From the NCBI GenBank assembly GCA_038727515.1, contig JAVYVS010000001.1, forward strand, positions 256,001-320,000: DNA of 64,000 nt, written 5' to 3'. Within the stretch, counting starts at the first letter, position 1; each line of letters starts with the position of its first letter. The stretch comes from Candidatus Methanomethylicia archaeon. Its GTDB lineage: Archaea; Thermoproteota; Methanomethylicia; Culexarchaeales; Culexarchaeaceae. The notes under the pieces are model-generated. The model saw nothing but the letters and a program-made list of their open reading frames with translations, had not been told where the DNA came from and made no database searches. Both the position numbers and the translations under genes were made by a program. Below, in pieces: positions 29,992-40,369 of this stretch.

Positions 29992-31101
29992 TTATAGGGG
30001 GCAGCTTACTATTCCATGTGAGTAGGGGCATGAAGCGCAGGAGGGTTGGTTACCCCAACAATCATATTCATTTGTTAAAGTTAAGTTGCAATAGTCTTTT
30101 AATCTGCATTCATAGCATGAGGGCATTTTGAAGAAGAATGTATTTAATCTAAATCTTATGTATTCTGGTTTTCTCCAGATTTTCATTAATTCTTCTTTAA
30201 GTATGTTTCCGAAGACTATTTTCCTTATTGTTCTAGTTACCCCCATAAAGTTTGTCTTCCAATTATGTGCGTATTGTAGACATGGGGTTACTTCACCATC
30301 ATATCTAATGAATGCTGCATTTACATGTATGAATGGGCATTTCCTATCTGAGATATTTGTGAAATTTGGTAGTATTATTTTACCTCCACTTTCAAAAGCT
30401 TTTCTAGCTAGTTTATCTCTTATATCTTCCATTTTCTCCATGTAATCTCTATTTCTATATATGGCTAGTTTCTCCTCCATTTCCCTATTTAATGGTATTA
30501 TATTGGAGATTGTGACTTGTGAAGCTGCAATCCTCTTCATGTATTCTGGGAGGTTTAAGAGGTCTTCCATGTTTAATGTTGTTAATGTGAATTGTACATG
30601 TATTTCTGGTTTAAGTGAATCATTTTTAATTTTTAATTCTTTGATTTTAGTTAATCCTTCATTGATTTTTGATAGATTTCCTCCCACTCTAGTTTGTTGG
30701 TAGAGTTCTTCGTATACGCTATCTATGCTTACATGGATTATGTCAACGCCTAGTTTACATAGTTCTTCAGCATATTCAGATATTAAAGATCCATTTGTAT
30801 TGAGTATGATATTGAATTTATACTTCTTTAATTCTGAGATGAAGTCTATTATTGCTGGATGTGTTAATGGTTCTCCCCATCCCGATAAAGATATTTTAGA
30901 TATTTTTGCATTATATGCTTGTTTAACTAGATTTTTGAATACTTCAACATCCATGTATCTACCTATTTCTGAATCTAAAATTGCATTTCTAAAACAGTAT
31001 ATACAGTTATAGTTGCATGAAGTTGTTAATTCAATCATTAATTCGCGTGGGAAGCTTTCCACATAGTTTATTATCCATTCACCACTCCTTATGGATAGCA
31101 T
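29992..31101 (-). CDS. Radical SAM/SPASM protein, tungsten-cofactor oxidoreductase maturase type
   Basis: CNYNCIYC, GWGEPLTHP, SPASM cysteines (CPF...PC...CYEC...CWGN.PSCASC); divergent from aor. Confidence 0.85.
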   Translation of the reverse strand: MLSIRSGEWIINYVESFPRELMIELTTSCNYNCIYCFRNAILDSEIGRYMDVEVFKNLVKQAYNAKISKISLSGWGEPLTHPAIIDFISELKKYKFNIILNTNGSLISEYAEELCKLGVDIIHVSIDSVYEELYQQTRVGGNLSKINEGLTKIKELKIKNDSLKPEIHVQFTLTTLNMEDLLNLPEYMKRIAASQVTISNIIPLNREMEEKLAIYRNRDYMEKMEDIRDKLARKAFESGGKIILPNFTNISDRKCPFIHVNAAFIRYDGEVTPCLQYAHNWKTNFMGVTRTIRKIVFGNILKEELMKIWRKPEYIRFRLNTFFFKMPSCYECRLKDYCNLTLTNEYDCWGNQPSCASCPYSHGIVSCPL

Positions 31102-31242
31102 AATATCACTTTAACATTGATTTATAATGTATTAAAAGTTTTGTAGAATATTATTTTATATTTGTCTAAAGTTTATAGTTTGAAAGTTTGTTTTGTTAAG
31201 GTTTATATTTTCTCTTGTATAAATTTATTTGAGGTTATTTAA

Positions 31243-33129
31243 ATGTTAGGAGGTTATATTGGTAAAATAGCTAGAGTGGATTTGAGGACTGGTAAAGTTA
31301 GGTTTGAATCGCTTCCAGATGATGTTCTTAAAAAGTGGATTGGTGGTAGAGGTTTAGGGGTTTATTTAGCGTTGAAGGAGATTCCTCCAAAGGTTGATCC
31401 CTTTTCACCTATGAATAAAGCTTATGTTATGACTGGACCTTTAACTGGTATTGTAGGTATACCTACATCTGGTAGATGGTGTTCTGTAACTAAATCTCCA
31501 TTGACAAATACTATTCATGATTCTCAGAGTGGCGGTAAATTTGGTCCTGAACTTAAATTTGCTGGTTTTGATGGTATAATTCTTGAAGATGCTTCTGAAG
31601 AACCTGTATATCTATGGGTTTGTGATGGTAAAGTGGATGTTAGATGTGCATGTCATCTATGGGGTAAAGATGTTCATGCTACTACGGATATTATTATGGA
31701 AGAGCTTAAGGCTGAAGTTGGTGATGAAGCTAAGAAAATTAAAGTTTTAGCTATTGGTCCAGCTGGTGAAAATCTAGTTAGAATTGCAGCTTTACTCAAT
31801 GATAAATCTAGAGCTGCTGGTAGGGGTGGTCATGGTGCTGTTTGGGGTTCTAAGAAGATTAAAGCTATTGCTGTTCTCGGCCATGGGAAACCTACAATTG
31901 CTAAACCTGAATTGTTTAAGGATGTGGTTGTTGAAGCTATGGAGAAGCATAAGAAGAGTCCAGTGACTTCTGAAGCTCTACCAAAATATGGAACTGCAGT
32001 TCTAGTTAACATTATAAATAAAGCTGGTGTTTATCCAACAAGGAATTTCCAAACTGGGGTTTTCCCCACTGCAGATAGAACTAGTGGTGAAGTATTGGCT
32101 GAGAAATATATGGATTGGGAGAAGTATAGGGAGGAGATATGTTGGGGTTGCCCAATTGGGTGTGCTAGGTATACTAGGGTTGTGAAGTCGCCGTTTAGTG
32201 GTGAGGGTGGTGGACCTGAATATGAGACTGTTTGGGCTTTTGGAGCTCAGACTGGGACTGATGATATTGAGGCTATAAGTAAAGCTAATTATTTATGTAA
32301 TGAGTTGGGTCTTGACACTATATCCATGGGTCACACGATTGGGACTTTTATGGAGCTTGTGGAGAAGGGTAAAATTCCTCTAGAGAAGCTTAGGGGGTTG
32401 AATGTTAAGTGGGGTGTTCCAGAGGTTATTGTTGAACTTGTTTGGCGTACTGCTTATAGGTCTGGTGTGGGTGATGATTTGGCTGAGGGATCTTTGAGGT
32501 TAGCTACTAAGTATGGTGCTCCAGAATTGGCTATGGTGGTTAGAGGTCAAGAATTACCTGCTTATGATCCTAGGGGTGTTCAAGGTCATGGTTTAGCTTA
32601 TGCCACTAGTAATAGGGGTGGATGCCACTTAAGAGCCTACTTGATCTCTCCTGAAATTTTAGGTGTTCCTGAACTTGTGGATAGATTTGAAACTAGGGGT
32701 AAAGCGAAATTGGTTAAACACTTCCAAGATGTCTTTGCAGTTATAGATTCACTGGTTGTATGTAAGTTTTCATCTTTTGCTGTTTGGGTTGAAGATTATG
32801 CTAAATGGTTGACTGCTGTAACTGGTGTGGAATTTACTGGTAGAGATCTTGAGATTATTGGTGAGAGGATATATAATGCTGAAAGAGCTTTCAACGTTTT
32901 ATCCTTTGGTGATGGGAGAGCTTATGATACGTTGCCTAAGAGGCTACTGGAGGAACCTATGCCTGAAGGGCCCAGTAAAGGTTATGTTGTTAAATTAGGT
33001 GAAATGTTAGATGAGTATTATAGTGTTAGAGGGTGGATTGATGGTAGACCTTCTAGAGCTAAACTAGAAGAGTTAGATCTCAAATGGATTGCCTATAGAC
33101 TTGAAGAGGAAGGTTTACTACCTGGATAA
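31243..33129 (+). CDS. aor: Tungsten aldehyde:ferredoxin oxidoreductase
   Basis: GGRGLG, KSPLT, AAGRGG.GAVWGSK, CWGCPIGC, GPEYET, LGLDTIS, AYDPRG and RGGCH motifs. Confidence 0.95.
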   Translation: MLGGYIGKIARVDLRTGKVRFESLPDDVLKKWIGGRGLGVYLALKEIPPKVDPFSPMNKAYVMTGPLTGIVGIPTSGRWCSVTKSPLTNTIHDSQSGGKFGPELKFAGFDGIILEDASEEPVYLWVCDGKVDVRCACHLWGKDVHATTDIIMEELKAEVGDEAKKIKVLAIGPAGENLVRIAALLNDKSRAAGRGGHGAVWGSKKIKAIAVLGHGKPTIAKPELFKDVVVEAMEKHKKSPVTSEALPKYGTAVLVNIINKAGVYPTRNFQTGVFPTADRTSGEVLAEKYMDWEKYREEICWGCPIGCARYTRVVKSPFSGEGGGPEYETVWAFGAQTGTDDIEAISKANYLCNELGLDTISMGHTIGTFMELVEKGKIPLEKLRGLNVKWGVPEVIVELVWRTAYRSGVGDDLAEGSLRLATKYGAPELAMVVRGQELPAYDPRGVQGHGLAYATSNRGGCHLRAYLISPEILGVPELVDRFETRGKAKLVKHFQDVFAVIDSLVVCKFSSFAVWVEDYAKWLTAVTGVEFTGRDLEIIGERIYNAERAFNVLSFGDGRAYDTLPKRLLEEPMPEGPSKGYVVKLGEMLDEYYSVRGWIDGRPSRAKLEELDLKWIAYRLEEEGLLPG

Positions 33130-33130
33130 A

Positions 33131-33153
33131 TTTAATTTCCCCCTTTATTTTTT
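33131..33153 (+). terminator. Pyrimidine/T-rich archaeal terminator after aor
   Basis: TTTAATTTCCCCCTTTATTTTTT immediately after the stop codon. Confidence 0.45.
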
Positions 33154-33337
33154 AGGATTCTCTGATGAAGTAATGGAATATTGGATTGCTTTATAAATGG
33201 TAGTGGTGTTAACGAAATTTAAATCAATTTATCTTAAAAATATTAGGTGAGAGTTATATTACTTAGTTTTCATTAAGTTAATTCTCCAAATTCTTTGTTT
33301 CCAAAAGCTATTTAAAATTGCAAATAATATTTTTTCT

Positions 33338-34471
33338 ATGGTTAAACCTTTTGAGCAAGGTAGATTGAGGGGTTTATTGGAGAAAGATGCTATTCATTTT
33401 AGATTGAATGAAGTTCGTAAACTTCTGGATTTTATGGAGATGGATCTTGAAGATTTATTGAGGTTGAGGAGTGATAGGTTGAAGTATGTTCCTGAGAGGT
33501 TTTTGGAGGAGTGTAGGGGTATTGCTGAGGGGGCTGGTGTAAGGTTTGAGGAGATTTTATTTTTGGATTTCGGTTTAGTTTTTGAGCAGATTTTTAAGTT
33601 TGAGTGTACAGCTTTCGCTATTCCAAGGAGTTATAGTGTTGATGGTTCAATTATGCTTTTGAAGAATAGAGATCTTGGTTTTAGGAGGTTCCACCCACAG
33701 GTTTTAGCTTACTCTAATATTGATGGTTATAATAGGTTTTTAGGTGTTGTTTCTGCTGGTAGTGTATGTTGGTATCAGGGGGTTAATGAGAAGGGTTTAA
33801 TAGCATTTAATACTGCTACTCCCAGTGAAATTATTGATCCAGTTAAGGCTCAAGGTATGGGGGTTGCCATATTGATTAGAAGGATTTTAGAGGAGTGTGA
33901 TGATGTTGATGAAGCTTTAAAGTTAGTTTTTGATTTTGGAGGTGGTGTATCATCAAATCTCTTTTTAGCTGATTATAATAGGATTGTGGTGGTGGAATTG
34001 AAGGCTGGTTTAACGCCGTATGTTTGGGAGATTAAGGAACCTGATTGTCGAGCAAATCATTATTTATTGCATGTTAATCCAGAACCTAAAGAGCCGCTTG
34101 AAGTTTTAACTAGAAATTACACTTTATTGAGGTATGCTAGGGGGAAGATGCTTTTGAAGGGTAAAGAGAAGATTGGTGTAGATGACTTGGTTGAGTTTAG
34201 TCGGGATCATTTTAATGGTCCTGGCCCTGCATCTATATGTAGACATCCGCCGATGGTTGGAAGTCCATTGGTAAAGTTGTTATCGTCTACAACTTTATCT
34301 GCACAGATATTTAAGGTTGGGGAGGGGATAGAGGTTTATACAGCTTTGGGATATCCATGTCAAACAAACTTTATACATACAGTGTTTGGAGGGGATATAC
34401 CTATTGAAGCTTCTTCTGGAGTTGTATGGTTAACTCAATATAAGAGGAAATGTAAGAGTAATATAGATTAG
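33338..34471 (+). CDS. C45 family Ntn-hydrolase (acyl-CoA:6-APA acyltransferase-like peptidase)
   Basis: EE.RGIAEGAG, ECTAF nucleophile, KNRD, GVNEKGL, ANHY and SICRH motifs. Confidence 0.88.
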   Translation: MVKPFEQGRLRGLLEKDAIHFRLNEVRKLLDFMEMDLEDLLRLRSDRLKYVPERFLEECRGIAEGAGVRFEEILFLDFGLVFEQIFKFECTAFAIPRSYSVDGSIMLLKNRDLGFRRFHPQVLAYSNIDGYNRFLGVVSAGSVCWYQGVNEKGLIAFNTATPSEIIDPVKAQGMGVAILIRRILEECDDVDEALKLVFDFGGGVSSNLFLADYNRIVVVELKAGLTPYVWEIKEPDCRANHYLLHVNPEPKEPLEVLTRNYTLLRYARGKMLLKGKEKIGVDDLVEFSRDHFNGPGPASICRHPPMVGSPLVKLLSSTTLSAQIFKVGEGIEVYTALGYPCQTNFIHTVFGGDIPIEASSGVVWLTQYKRKCKSNID

Positions 34472-34524
34472 ATTTCTTAAATCACTTATTTGGAGAAGGT
34501 TATTTTTATCTTTAAGTATTGTAA

Positions 34525-36219
34525 ATGAGTTTTTGTATGCTTCCACATATTTTTAGGTTGAAGTTTTTTACTCTTATTCTAATTATTTCTGTATGTACTC
34601 TTTGGTTTGGATGTTCTAATTATTCTAATCATATTCATCAATTTAATGGTTTTGCTTATGGTCAGATTGCTGATTATAGTGTTGTTTTATTTAATGTTAC
34701 TTTATATGTTCGTGAAGATAATACTGTTAGGGTTATTGAAGTTTTCAATCTCATATTTGAAAATCTGAATATTAGGAGATTTTCTAGGACTATTTATATT
34801 GAGGGTTTTGAGGATGTTGTTTTTGAAGATGTTTCTTCTCCAGATGTTAAAGTGGTTAATTGGAGTGTTTCCACCTTTCTAAATTATAAGAGGTTGGATG
34901 TATCTTTTGATAAGAGTCCTTTTCAGAGGACTGCTACAATAATTATAGTCTATACTGTGTATGGTGTTTTAACTGTTGAAGATGGTATGAATAAGCTTGT
35001 TTGGCCTGTTATAAAGATGGTTCATGATGCTGTTTTCATTGATGTTTATACTAATGTAATTATACCTAGGGTTTATATTGATCCCACAGTTATATCTTGT
35101 GATCCTAATCCCATTAAAATTGAATTTAATGTTAATTTCACTAGGGTCATTTTTTATGTTAGGTTTATAGTGAAATCTGATTATTATGTTATGGTTAAAT
35201 TTCCAAAGATTACTGAGAGGGTGAGGGATTATTTTATTTTTAGGGATCAACCATGTGAATCTGCAATTTTAATATTCTTATTTACAACTATGATCATGTT
35301 AATTCTATATTATTTTAAGGGTAGAATTCCAAGTGTTGAATCATCAGTATTTACATATTATGCTAAGCCTCCTTCAAATCTAACTCCTATGGAAGCATCA
35401 TATTTAATGTATAGGGAATTGAATGAGTGTCAAATTTTATCTACCTTGATTGATTTAGCCATTAGGAAGTGCTTGATATTGGAGTATAATGGTGTAAACG
35501 TGTATTTTTATAGGAGTTTTGAAGCCACTATGTTTCCAAGGGCATATTTAAGGGATTATGAGGTTAAACTTCTTGATATAGTAGATGTAGCTAGGAATCC
35601 AATTGATTTATTTATGGAGAAATGGAGTGAAGTGAAGAGGATTGGTGGAATGGTTGAGAATGAATTAATGCGTAAAGGATATTTCCATAGTTCTCCTTCA
35701 AATCTTAGGAAGACTTTTCTAATAATTGGTTTAACTCTATTCATAGTTAGCCTTGTGATTCTACTTGTCAATCCAATTTTTGGGAGGAGTTTCTGGGAGT
35801 TTGCAAGATACTTTTATGGATTATTTCTTGGTTTAATGTTTTCAAGCATCCCAGTGATATCAATTGGATGCATCCTATTTAAGAGTTATACTATTGATGG
35901 AGCTCGAGAACTAAGTTTGTGGAGGAATTATATAGATTTTATTTGTGGGAGGAATCCCATTATAACGGGTTCAAGGGAGGATTTTGAGAGGCAATTAGTA
36001 TATGTTGTTGCTTTAGCTCCTGAACTTTTTGAGTTTTGGGCTAATAATTGGATTGGAAGGTTGAGGTATATTCCAGATTGGATTAAAATTAAGGTTGAGA
36101 ATTTTAGTGTTGATGAGAGTGATGAAGGATTTAGAAGATTTATCAATATTTTGAGGATAATTGTAGTTGAATTTAAAGATTTTAGATATAGAATGCTCAT
36201 TAGGAAGTTGGGATTTTAA
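34525..36219 (+). CDS. DUF2207 family membrane protein (paralog of 17837..19579)
   Basis: Shared segments RTIYIEGFED, ISCDP, FPKITE.VR, YYFKGRIP and PSNL.P.E. Confidence 0.75.
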   Translation: MSFCMLPHIFRLKFFTLILIISVCTLWFGCSNYSNHIHQFNGFAYGQIADYSVVLFNVTLYVREDNTVRVIEVFNLIFENLNIRRFSRTIYIEGFEDVVFEDVSSPDVKVVNWSVSTFLNYKRLDVSFDKSPFQRTATIIIVYTVYGVLTVEDGMNKLVWPVIKMVHDAVFIDVYTNVIIPRVYIDPTVISCDPNPIKIEFNVNFTRVIFYVRFIVKSDYYVMVKFPKITERVRDYFIFRDQPCESAILIFLFTTMIMLILYYFKGRIPSVESSVFTYYAKPPSNLTPMEASYLMYRELNECQILSTLIDLAIRKCLILEYNGVNVYFYRSFEATMFPRAYLRDYEVKLLDIVDVARNPIDLFMEKWSEVKRIGGMVENELMRKGYFHSSPSNLRKTFLIIGLTLFIVSLVILLVNPIFGRSFWEFARYFYGLFLGLMFSSIPVISIGCILFKSYTIDGARELSLWRNYIDFICGRNPIITGSREDFERQLVYVVALAPELFEFWANNWIGRLRYIPDWIKIKVENFSVDESDEGFRRFINILRIIVVEFKDFRYRMLIRKLGF

Positions 36220-36267
36220 TAGATTACAAATTTAAACCTTAAATTCACCTTTTAACATATTTAGGTA

Positions 36268-37329
36268 TTGATGTATATGAATAAAGGTTTCCCCGTAATA
36301 ATTCTAGTAATAGCATTATTATCTATTGCATTGTATAGTCCATGTGTAAATGCGCAGGGTAAAATTAAGATTTTAACTATTAGTCCTTATGGTGGTTGGT
36401 CTACGCAGGCAGCTTCACTTTTAAGTGCTATTTCCATGTATGGTGATGTAACTCAAATTGTCCTTGGTACTGGTGAATATACACTTGACTTCTTCCTTCA
36501 ATTTGATGTTATATATACTGAGAGTTGTAGTGGTTGGAAATCTTATCCTCAGATGCTTGGTAAAATTGGAAGTGCGGTTTATGAGGGGAAGAGTCTTATT
36601 GTATGTGTAACTTCACTTTATGATCCTAGTCCAGCTAATGCATGGGTTTCTGTGGCTAGATTTAGTACTCCAAAGGATTGGGTGGAGTATAATATTGTTT
36701 CAAGTAATTTAACTATTGGCGTTAAGAGTATTAAGGGTAGTGAGCATTGGCTTTTTCTCTATGGTGGTTATCCACTGGTTTTAACCCCTATGAAGCCTGA
36801 ATTTCCTGAGGAGCCTGCAGCATTAGCGGTTTATGGTTTTCATGGTGCTGGTAGATATGCTGTTTTTGTTGGTGAACTCTTTAATCCGTCGAGGACTGTT
36901 GGTGATGTTGGTAGACTTGTATCTAATGTTATGTATTGGCTTACTGGTAGAGGTATTCCGCCTCCACCATCAGTTATGGAAATTTGGGGGAGGATTGTGG
37001 AGCTTGATTCATTGGTTGATGAATTATACGAGAAGGTTTTAGATTTAAATTCCACTTTGAATTCAATTAGATCTCAAATACCTAAATTAGTTGAATTGGA
37101 TGTTTTACAGGTGAAGGTGAATGATTTATCTATACAATTAAATCAATTAATGCAGAAGGTTAATGATTTATCTAGGGGTATTGATAATCTTTCAAAACAA
37201 TTCAATGATTTAATGAGGGAGTTTTCAACTTTAAGAACTTTAAGTTACTTGTCGATTATAGCTTTATTCCTAAGTTTGGCATCCATGGCATTACTCCTTG
37301 TGGGGAAGATAAAATTACCTGGGCTCTAG
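36268..37329 (+). CDS. Exported protein: alpha/beta (GATase1/ThuA-like) head, coiled-coil stalk and C-terminal TM anchor
   Basis: Signal peptide, G.GRYAVF.GE motif, PPPP hinge, heptad repeats and TM. Confidence 0.7.
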   Translation: MMYMNKGFPVIILVIALLSIALYSPCVNAQGKIKILTISPYGGWSTQAASLLSAISMYGDVTQIVLGTGEYTLDFFLQFDVIYTESCSGWKSYPQMLGKIGSAVYEGKSLIVCVTSLYDPSPANAWVSVARFSTPKDWVEYNIVSSNLTIGVKSIKGSEHWLFLYGGYPLVLTPMKPEFPEEPAALAVYGFHGAGRYAVFVGELFNPSRTVGDVGRLVSNVMYWLTGRGIPPPPSVMEIWGRIVELDSLVDELYEKVLDLNSTLNSIRSQIPKLVELDVLQVKVNDLSIQLNQLMQKVNDLSRGIDNLSKQFNDLMREFSTLRTLSYLSIIALFLSLASMALLLVGKIKLPGL

Positions 37330-37515
37330 TTAATCTACTTAGGTTGAATTGTGGGGGCATCTTAATAAGGGCTTAAATGATGATGGTTACTTAAAAATTT
37401 ACAATTTTTACAAAATCTTTTATGCCATGAATATCCTAGCATTAAATTGTCCTTATATTGATGAATCTTTATGGGGTGATTAAACATATTTAAATCTTGT
37501 TGTTTACATTGTGTG

Positions 37516-38967
37516 TTAATATGATTTTGCGAAGTATGCTACTTCTTTTGCTTCTTTTCCACAGTATATGCATTTTGAGAATGGTTCTTCTCTTTCGAGG
37601 GGGATTAATCTAATTGTAGCTCCAGTTTCCTCTTTAATTTTTTCTTCACATTCTCTATTTCCACACCATGAAGCTTTTATGAATCCTCCTTTTTCACTTA
37701 GAATCTTTTTAAATTCTTCATAGTTTTCTACTCTTGTTATTTTTTCCTCTAGGAATTTCTTGGCTCTATTGTATAGGTTTCGCTGTATTTCTTCTAAGAG
37801 CTTTTTGATTGCTTCCACCATTTCTTCTTCTTTTACTGTTATTCTCTCGTAGGTGTCTCTTCTTGCAATGGTTATTTGTTCCTTCTTTATTTCCATGGAT
37901 CCTATTTCTATTCTTAGGGGTATTCCTCTAAGCTCCCAATGATTGTATTTCCATCCTGGGGTGTATTCTAATCTATCGTCTAGGATTGTTGATATTCCAG
38001 ATGCTGATAGTTTTCCCTGTATGCTCTTGGCTTTTTCAATTATCTTTTCTATTTCCATGTCTTTTGAGGGTATTGGGATTATTACTACTTGTGTTGGTGC
38101 TATTCTTGGTGGTAGTATTAAGCCTTTATCGTCTCCATGAACCATGACCATGGCTCCTATGAGGCGTGTGCTGAATCCCCATGAGGTTTGCCAAACGTAG
38201 TGTTCTTTTCCATCTCTACCCATAAATTTGATTTCAAAAACTTTGGAGAAGTTTTGTCCGAGGTTGTGGGATGTTGCCATTTGTAGTGCTTTTCCATCGG
38301 GCATTATGGCTTCTAGTGTTGTTGTGTATAATGCTCCAGCGAATTTTTCACTTTCACTTTTCCTTCCAGCTAGTACTGGGATAGCTAGGTAATTCTCTAT
38401 TAAATCTTTGTATTCATTTAGTATTTCCATGACTTCTCTATCAGCTTCTTCTTTTGTTTCATGGGCTGTATGTCCTTCTTGCCATAGGAATTCTCTGGTT
38501 CTTATGAAGGGTTTAGTGCCCTTTGTATCCCATCTTACTACGCTACACCATTGATTTAATTTTACTGGGAGATCCCTCCAGCTTTTAATCCATTTGGCAT
38601 ATGTTGCGCAGATTATTGTTTCTGATGTTGGTCTTATAGCTAATTTCTCTTCTAATACTTCATCTCCACCCATGGTTACCCATGCTACTTCTGGTACGAA
38701 TCCTGAGAAGTGTTCTGCTTCCTTTTTGAGTAGGCTTTCTGGTATGAAGAGTGGGAAATACACGTTTCTATGTCCAGTTCTCTTAATTTTTTCGTTAAAT
38801 ATTTCTTGGATCTTCTCCCATATGGCATATGCAAGTTCTCTAAAGATTATGCATCCCTTTATTGGGGCATAATCTACTAATCCAGATTTCAAAATTACTT
38901 GTGTATACCATTCTGAGAAATCCTCTGATTTTTTAACTGTGAGACCTAATTCCGACATTGATTTCAC
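37516..38967 (-). CDS. proS: Proline--tRNA ligase (archaeal/eukaryotic type)
   Basis: FSEWY, RPTSET, RTREFLWQEGH, SWGFSTRLIG motifs; C-terminal Zn domain ending FAKSY. Confidence 0.98.
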   Translation of the reverse strand: MKSMSELGLTVKKSEDFSEWYTQVILKSGLVDYAPIKGCIIFRELAYAIWEKIQEIFNEKIKRTGHRNVYFPLFIPESLLKKEAEHFSGFVPEVAWVTMGGDEVLEEKLAIRPTSETIICATYAKWIKSWRDLPVKLNQWCSVVRWDTKGTKPFIRTREFLWQEGHTAHETKEEADREVMEILNEYKDLIENYLAIPVLAGRKSESEKFAGALYTTTLEAIMPDGKALQMATSHNLGQNFSKVFEIKFMGRDGKEHYVWQTSWGFSTRLIGAMVMVHGDDKGLILPPRIAPTQVVIIPIPSKDMEIEKIIEKAKSIQGKLSASGISTILDDRLEYTPGWKYNHWELRGIPLRIEIGSMEIKKEQITIARRDTYERITVKEEEMVEAIKKLLEEIQRNLYNRAKKFLEEKITRVENYEEFKKILSEKGGFIKASWCGNRECEEKIKEETGATIRLIPLEREEPFSKCIYCGKEAKEVAYFAKSY

Positions 38968-39110
38968 CTCTTACATTTAATAGTGTTATGGTTTATTATG
39001 GATTCAAGGTTGATTTTATTATTTTGGTTGAGGGTTTTATGGAATTGATTCACCCATTTCAATACACTTATGTTAAATTTATTTTGCATATTATTTAAAG
39101 TTTATTATGA

Positions 39111-39725
39111 TTACATTTTCCTAATGATTTTTGCTATTGCTAATGATGGTATTATGGATATTATTGTGTGGAGTATATTGAATAAGGCTGTGAAAGCCAT
39201 TATCCAAAATAATTTCTCTAATGGGGTTGCTATGTTTATTCCAGTGGTTAAAGTTATGGATTTTACTGCTATATCTATGAAGAATGGGAATAACCACCAT
39301 AATATGATGTAATTGAATATGCCCATAACCATTACCCTTAGTGTAGCTCCACCTATGAGCATCAATATACCCCTAGTTTTACTAGTGAAGTATTCTATGG
39401 GTGCATTTTTAAATCCAGATGCTATCCATATTCCAATTATAGTTGAGATTATTGCTGCAAATTTCATGGCCGGTCCAATTGGAACCCAGCTTCCAAAGAC
39501 ATTTAGTATAATCCATAAGGTTATTGATGATACTATTCCTGGAAATGTTCCAAAGGTTAAGAAGGCTATCATAACTGGGATTTCTGCTACATCAAATTTT
39601 AAATATGGTATTACTGGGAATGGTATACTTAGGGGGAGAGCTGTTAATATTGCTGAAAGAGCTGCAAAGGCTGCTGAAATCGAAATTCTAAAGGTTCTAT
39701 TCTCTATGAGGCTTGGGTTTTTCAT
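39111..39725 (-). CDS. ECF transporter substrate-specific (S) component
   Basis: FP..PYLKFD.AEIP motif (RibU/CoaT-like), 5-6 TMs. Confidence 0.85.
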   Translation of the reverse strand: MKNPSLIENRTFRISISAAFAALSAILTALPLSIPFPVIPYLKFDVAEIPVMIAFLTFGTFPGIVSSITLWIILNVFGSWVPIGPAMKFAAIISTIIGIWIASGFKNAPIEYFTSKTRGILMLIGGATLRVMVMGIFNYIILWWLFPFFIDIAVKSITLTTGINIATPLEKLFWIMAFTALFNILHTIISIIPSLAIAKIIRKM

Positions 39726-39808
39726 AATCTTCTACTCAATTTTAAGTTTATACTCAATTTTGATATATAAAATTTTCCAATAAATTTAATTCATTATTAA
39801 TTTTTCAT

Positions 39809-40267
39809 TTATTTTCTAATGTATTTTCTGCCTGTAATCTTCTTTGGTGTTATTATGCATATCCTCACTCTTTTCAATTCTTCTTCTAGATTTCTACTTG
39901 TTTTACTCATGTATTGTTCTAGAGGTTCTGGAATTCTATATTTATCTATGAGTTTCTGTAGGTATGGTTTTATTTCTTCAGGGTTTTCTAGTATTTCAAT
40001 GGTTCCCTGTATTATTACACTTTTATACATGGATATGTCTGATGTGGCTTCATCTACTTCAAAACATACATTCCTATTCCTTTTTATTGCTTCCATCTTC
40101 AAACCTTTTTCACATGTATGGAAGGCTATTTTCCCATCAACGTATACGTATCCTAAGGGTATAATGTATGGGTATCCATCTATGCATACTCCAAGTCTAC
40201 CAACTCTTGCACATGTTAGGAAAAGTTTGATTTCCTCTAAACTCATATCCTCAGACAAATTTAACAC
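39809..40267 (-). CDS. Pyridoxamine 5'-phosphate oxidase-like (NimA-like) flavin-binding protein
   Basis: VGRLG...PYIIPL.Y, G.K...I..N..VCFEVD, YKSVI..G and ITGR motifs. Confidence 0.9.
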   Translation of the reverse strand: MLNLSEDMSLEEIKLFLTCARVGRLGVCIDGYPYIIPLGYVYVDGKIAFHTCEKGLKMEAIKRNRNVCFEVDEATSDISMYKSVIIQGTIEILENPEEIKPYLQKLIDKYRIPEPLEQYMSKTSRNLEEELKRVRICIITPKKITGRKYIRK

Positions 40268-40369
40268 TATAATTAATTGTTAAGTAGCGATTTAACCTTT
40301 TTGAAATTATTGAAGTTAAATTTACATTATTACCCTCTAAAAGTAGTGTTATTGTAGATTTATTTATTT

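Noticed and set aside
39726-39808. Riboswitch upstream of the ECF S-component
   Set aside because: The region is very AT-rich and short, with no aptamer consensus
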